DNA of 64,000 nucleotides from an uncultured Pseudomonadota bacterium (GTDB lineage Bacteria; Pseudomonadota; Alphaproteobacteria; RF32; CAG-239): NCBI GenBank assembly GCA_902788365.1, contig CADAJN010000003.1, positions 58,656 to 122,655 of the forward strand, read 5' to 3'. Shown piece by piece: positions 60,554 to 64,000 of this stretch (position 1 is its first letter; each line of letters starts with the position of its first letter). The notes under the pieces were generated by a model. It saw only the letters and a program-made list of their open reading frames with translations, ran no database searches and was not told where the DNA came from. The position numbers and the translations under genes were made by a program.

Positions 60554-61672
60554 ATGCTTTTTATAAAATCGTTTTTTCAAATTTTCAATCCGCAGATAAA
60601 TGTGAAATACGTCCAAACAAAAGAGGAAACAGAGAACGGAAAAATTAACCGTAAATTTATATGTTTTGATAGTAAAAAGGTTGATATTTCAAGTATATTA
60701 GCCGCAAAAATATTGGCGAAAAAAATGGGAAAAAAATTTTTTCCTTTGCTGGAAAATTTATTAAAAAGTACAAAAAATCAAGAAAAATCAGCACAAATAT
60801 TAAAAACAAAAGCGTGGGTTTATAAAAAAGCTGTTTGGCACCCTGCGTTAGTTGAAAAATGTACGCACAAAGCTTTATATAAAATGAAAAAAGCCAAAAC
60901 ATTTACGTCTTTTCCGTTGTCGTATAAAGAAATATACAATGATGTTTCAATCGTAGCAATTTTGCACGATATTGGCAGATTATCTGAAGTAGATATTACA
61001 CAAGGCGCTGTTTGTATGAAACACAGTGGGCTAAACAAGAATCATGCTGCTATAAGCTTTGATATTTTAGAATATGCAAACATTAAACCGGAAATTCTGC
61101 TTGCCATAAAATATCACGAGTTCGCCGACGTTGAAGAGGCAAAAAATGATGAAATTTACAAAAGTTTACCAGAAAAAAATAAAACAATAGCACAATTTTA
61201 TATTCGTTTATTGCAAGATATGGATAAAACCGCCAATTTGTTGGAACGTTCAAAATTCGGTATAAAAAAATGTGCTGAGTTTTTTGATCCGCATTATCTT
61301 CAAGATTATGCTCTTACGGATGAATATTTTGTAAAGGCAATCAACGGAAATTATCTAAATATCAAGGGCGGACATCTTTTAGATGCGATGATGCGTTTTG
61401 TCACATGGACATACAGCATACACTTTGCTCAAACAAAAGAAATATTATCTGAAGTTCTAACCAATTTTTTCTGGCAGATGTACCAAGAAGCTATCACTGA
61501 GTATGAAAAATCAGATGATAAAGATTCCTCCCGGTTGGCCTGCACTTTAGAAAAAATAATAAGGCTTGAAGATTATGCTATTACCGAAAGAATGGGGATG
61601 AATATTAATGCAAAAAATCGCACTAAAATAAGAAGAAAAATAGAAAAATTACAACAATTGTCCGATAGTTGA
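60554..61672 (+). CDS. HD-domain phosphohydrolase family protein
   Basis: H...HD motif (VAILHDIGR). Conserved promoter/leader shared with the 63338 gene. Confidence 0.65.
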   Translation: MLFIKSFFQIFNPQINVKYVQTKEETENGKINRKFICFDSKKVDISSILAAKILAKKMGKKFFPLLENLLKSTKNQEKSAQILKTKAWVYKKAVWHPALVEKCTHKALYKMKKAKTFTSFPLSYKEIYNDVSIVAILHDIGRLSEVDITQGAVCMKHSGLNKNHAAISFDILEYANIKPEILLAIKYHEFADVEEAKNDEIYKSLPEKNKTIAQFYIRLLQDMDKTANLLERSKFGIKKCAEFFDPHYLQDYALTDEYFVKAINGNYLNIKGGHLLDAMMRFVTWTYSIHFAQTKEILSEVLTNFFWQMYQEAITEYEKSDDKDSSRLACTLEKIIRLEDYAITERMGMNINAKNRTKIRRKIEKLQQLSDS

Positions 61673-61786
61673 TGAAAAATTAGCATTTGTGGGAACAGCA
61701 CAATCGGACTTGGTAAGAGCACGTTCCAACAAAAGCAAAAACCGCTCCTTTCGGAACGGTTTTATAAAATGGTGCCGCCAAATATA

Positions 61787-62752
61787 TTAACGACGGTCGG
61801 ATTCTGTCTTGCTGTTTCTGCTATAATAAGCCTTAACCGCATCTCTGCGTTCTTTTTGCGCTTGTTTAGGATCCATACCATCTTTAACCTTGTTTCTTTC
61901 TTCTTCACGCAAGGCAGCTAGCTCCGGATTGATTTCTTTATAGGTTTCTTCAATAGAACTTCTTGATGTTTTATTTTTTGTCTTCAAATCAGCTACCAAA
62001 TCTACTAAAGTATCAACTTTAGAATCATCATCTGTTTTTCTAATTTTATCATATATCTTAGTTATATGTTCTTTATTATTAAGCATATTCTTATAGTTAA
62101 TTTTTACTTTGTTTAAATAAAGTTTCTTATCTTTGTATTCTTTGCTTTCAATTCCTTTATGAATATATTTTTTGGAAATGCGGTCAATTTCCGGAGCTAA
62201 AGTCGCATCAATTTCTAAAAACTTCTGAAGGTACTCGCAGGCAACCTGGCAAAGTTCATCGTCTGCCATTGCCCATTCTCGAACCTCTTTATTATCAAAG
62301 AATTTAAGCATTTCTTTAGAGTATTTCGTATCTGTTTCGGCAATAGCAGTGGCGAGATAAAGTATTCCGAGGGCTTGCAAATCTCCTCCGGTGCAAAAAA
62401 GACGAGAATTATCATACGGAAACTTTGCATAATTTTCTAAAATAGGGATAATTTGCGGGATCAGATTACCTTTTTCTTGTGGTATTTCCTTTAAAATATG
62501 TGCCATGCTACACATCCCAAAACCAATATATGCACCATCATTTACAAGAGCTTCACTTTGCATTACATGTTTTACATTATCAAATAATGTAAGGCAATAT
62601 TCTTTTTTCTCGCTTTCCGGAACAGATTTAAATTCTCCGTCACCTCTTAATATCAAATAAGCTTTATGAACAATATTTTGAGCTATTTCTCTAAAAGGAT
62701 TAGTCATCTTTTCCCATATTTCGCGCTCGGAGTTGATAGTAGAATTGAACAT
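61787..62752 (-). CDS. Hypothetical protein (321 aa), Lys/Glu-rich C-terminal half
   Basis: Long ORF in the AT-rich island. No motif. Confidence 0.45.
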   Translation of the reverse strand: MFNSTINSEREIWEKMTNPFREIAQNIVHKAYLILRGDGEFKSVPESEKKEYCLTLFDNVKHVMQSEALVNDGAYIGFGMCSMAHILKEIPQEKGNLIPQIIPILENYAKFPYDNSRLFCTGGDLQALGILYLATAIAETDTKYSKEMLKFFDNKEVREWAMADDELCQVACEYLQKFLEIDATLAPEIDRISKKYIHKGIESKEYKDKKLYLNKVKINYKNMLNNKEHITKIYDKIRKTDDDSKVDTLVDLVADLKTKNKTSRSSIEETYKEINPELAALREEERNKVKDGMDPKQAQKERRDAVKAYYSRNSKTESDRR

Positions 62753-63337
62753 TTTTTTCTCCCGATTACAAATTATAAATTATAATGGTACAGTACTTTA
62801 TTTTATTTATTTTGTCAAGTTTTTTTTACAAGTAGGCAAATTTTTATCGGACTGGGATTTTATTTTTCAAAACACTTGATTTTCTTAGCTTTTGCTTAAA
62901 AAGTCCGATAGTAAATGAAAAAATGGTATTTTTGAGACAGGAAAAATCGGACTTTATGAGATTCAGTCCAAACAAAGCAAAAACCGTCCCTTTCAGAACG
63001 GTTTTCAAAAATGGTGCCGCTGAACGATTGTTCCTCGGTGTCTTTACGCCTCGTCACGGCTTCCGGCCGACCTCGCATAAATTCGTTCGGCGACCTCAGC
63101 TCCGGACTTACGACCCCGTAAGTCCGCTTCTGCCAACGATAACCAACAAAAAAAGGGCACTTTTTCAAGTGTCCTTTTTTTATTGGTGCGCTTTGCTTTG
63201 CAAATATCGGACTGAAAATTACGATGATTATAAGCAGTGGGAGTATAAGCAAGGGAAAGCATTTGAAAATGTATAAAAACATATTGAAATAAAATTTATT
63301 GTTTTGTATGTTAAATAAAGTATTTAGGAGATATGAT

Positions 63338-63832
63338 ATGTACCAGTTTAGAAAAAGCATAGAACAGGATAAATCTCAATTAGCGGATTTATTTGCAGAA
63401 AGTTTTGGTTCATTAGCCCTAAATCATGGAGCTTTAGAGCCAATTGCAAACAGGTATTGGGTTGCCCTTTATGAAGATAAAATTGTTGCAGTAACTGGGA
63501 TTTTGCCGATATATAAGTCCGATTTTAGTGGTTACGAAGTTACTTGGACATGCACCTCAAATAAACATCGTAAAAAAGGGCTAATAGTGCAGATGTTACA
63601 AAAGGCTGAGGCGGAACTTCCAAATGACCATATTCCTTTGTATTGTAATTGTTGGCGCATTCGCGATAATGACAAAATCAATATGTATTCGGTCATGAAA
63701 CATATGGATATGCACGAGGTTGTCAGACAACGTATTAAAAGAGTTAATCCGCATAGTATTGACTGTTGTGGTTGTGCTCAATTTCAGAAAGAATGCTATT
63801 GTTGTGGCGACTTGTATATGAAAAACAGATGA
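63338..63832 (+). CDS. GNAT-like acetyltransferase-fold protein with a Cys-rich C-terminal tail
   Basis: GGAG RBS. IVAVTGILPIY...HRKKGLIVQML is a GNAT-like core. C-terminal CCGCAQFQKECYCCG. Confidence 0.45.
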   Translation: MYQFRKSIEQDKSQLADLFAESFGSLALNHGALEPIANRYWVALYEDKIVAVTGILPIYKSDFSGYEVTWTCTSNKHRKKGLIVQMLQKAEAELPNDHIPLYCNCWRIRDNDKINMYSVMKHMDMHEVVRQRIKRVNPHSIDCCGCAQFQKECYCCGDLYMKNR

Positions 63833-63840
63833 GGTTAGAA

Positions 63841-64000
63841 TATGCAAAAATATAAAGCGAGAAATATGCCACATATTAAGGCAACGTTGAGGTCAGAAAA
63901 TAAAATTATTTATGAAGATAATGATACTCTGATAATATACAATAAACCTGCTGATACATACATTGCAGAAGGTGATACGAAAACAATCATCGATAGAATT
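63841..64000 (+). CDS. Partial ORF (5' end only). Possibly an RluA-family pseudouridine synthase N-terminus
   Basis: IIYEDNDTLIIYNKPAD resembles the RluA N-terminal motif. Truncated by the window edge. Confidence 0.25.

Noticed and set aside
62896-63360. ORFs 62896..63360 (minus), 62923..63276 (plus) and 63044..63262 (minus)
   Set aside because: They span the junction modules, terminator hairpins and the GC-rich repeat body. Composition and overlap with conserved non-coding modules argue against coding.

Overview
This is a low-GC alphaproteobacterial chromosome segment. The lineage call rests on CtrA, GcrA, rpoZ-spoT synteny, an lpxA-lpxI-lpxB cluster, mraZ-rsmH-ftsL-ftsI, pal-cpoB-tilS and adjacent rpoB-rpoC. 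Housekeeping genes are interspersed with AT-rich accessory islets.

Five tRNA genes are present (Val-TAC, Pro-CGG, Gly-CCC, Arg-TCT, Thr-CGT). rpmJ (L36) is missed by the ORF track. The four tRNAs other than tRNA-Gly carry local duplications of their own 3' end and/or terminator, which look like att-site remnants.

The most striking signals that ordinary gene calls do not explain are:
1. A family of about 105-bp palindromic extragenic elements (REP/RPE-like). There are at least 11 copies at 5 loci. Every cluster ends exactly at the stop codon of a minus-strand gene (rpoC, ettA, kdsB, ppiase, gcrA), in one fixed orientation. The element supplies the last codons and stop of kdsB and ettA.
2. Three tandem structured units of about 120-170 nt, each with its own terminator, downstream of tRNA-Pro. 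Their two internal hairpins covary between copies.
3. Tandem 158-bp units after tRNA-Thr, with related dispersed copies flanked by TGGTGC(C)G.
4. A cassette-like AT-rich island at about 57.3-64 kb. Its unrelated genes are separated by a conserved junction module: an ATCGGACT/AGTCCGAT motif pair, a conserved terminator, a tRNA-3'-end-like TGGTGC, and a shared promoter/leader.

Other items: a degraded prophage remnant (GH108 lysozyme-like gene plus Mu-F head-morphogenesis fragment) at tRNA-Val; two paralogous pilin-like genes, one directly downstream of ctrA; a RimK-like / 7TM-transglutaminase-like / retropepsin-like module; a secreted HExxH protein; and a 10-bp-periodic TGG array upstream of mraZ.

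All calls come from reading the sequence. No database searches were run.
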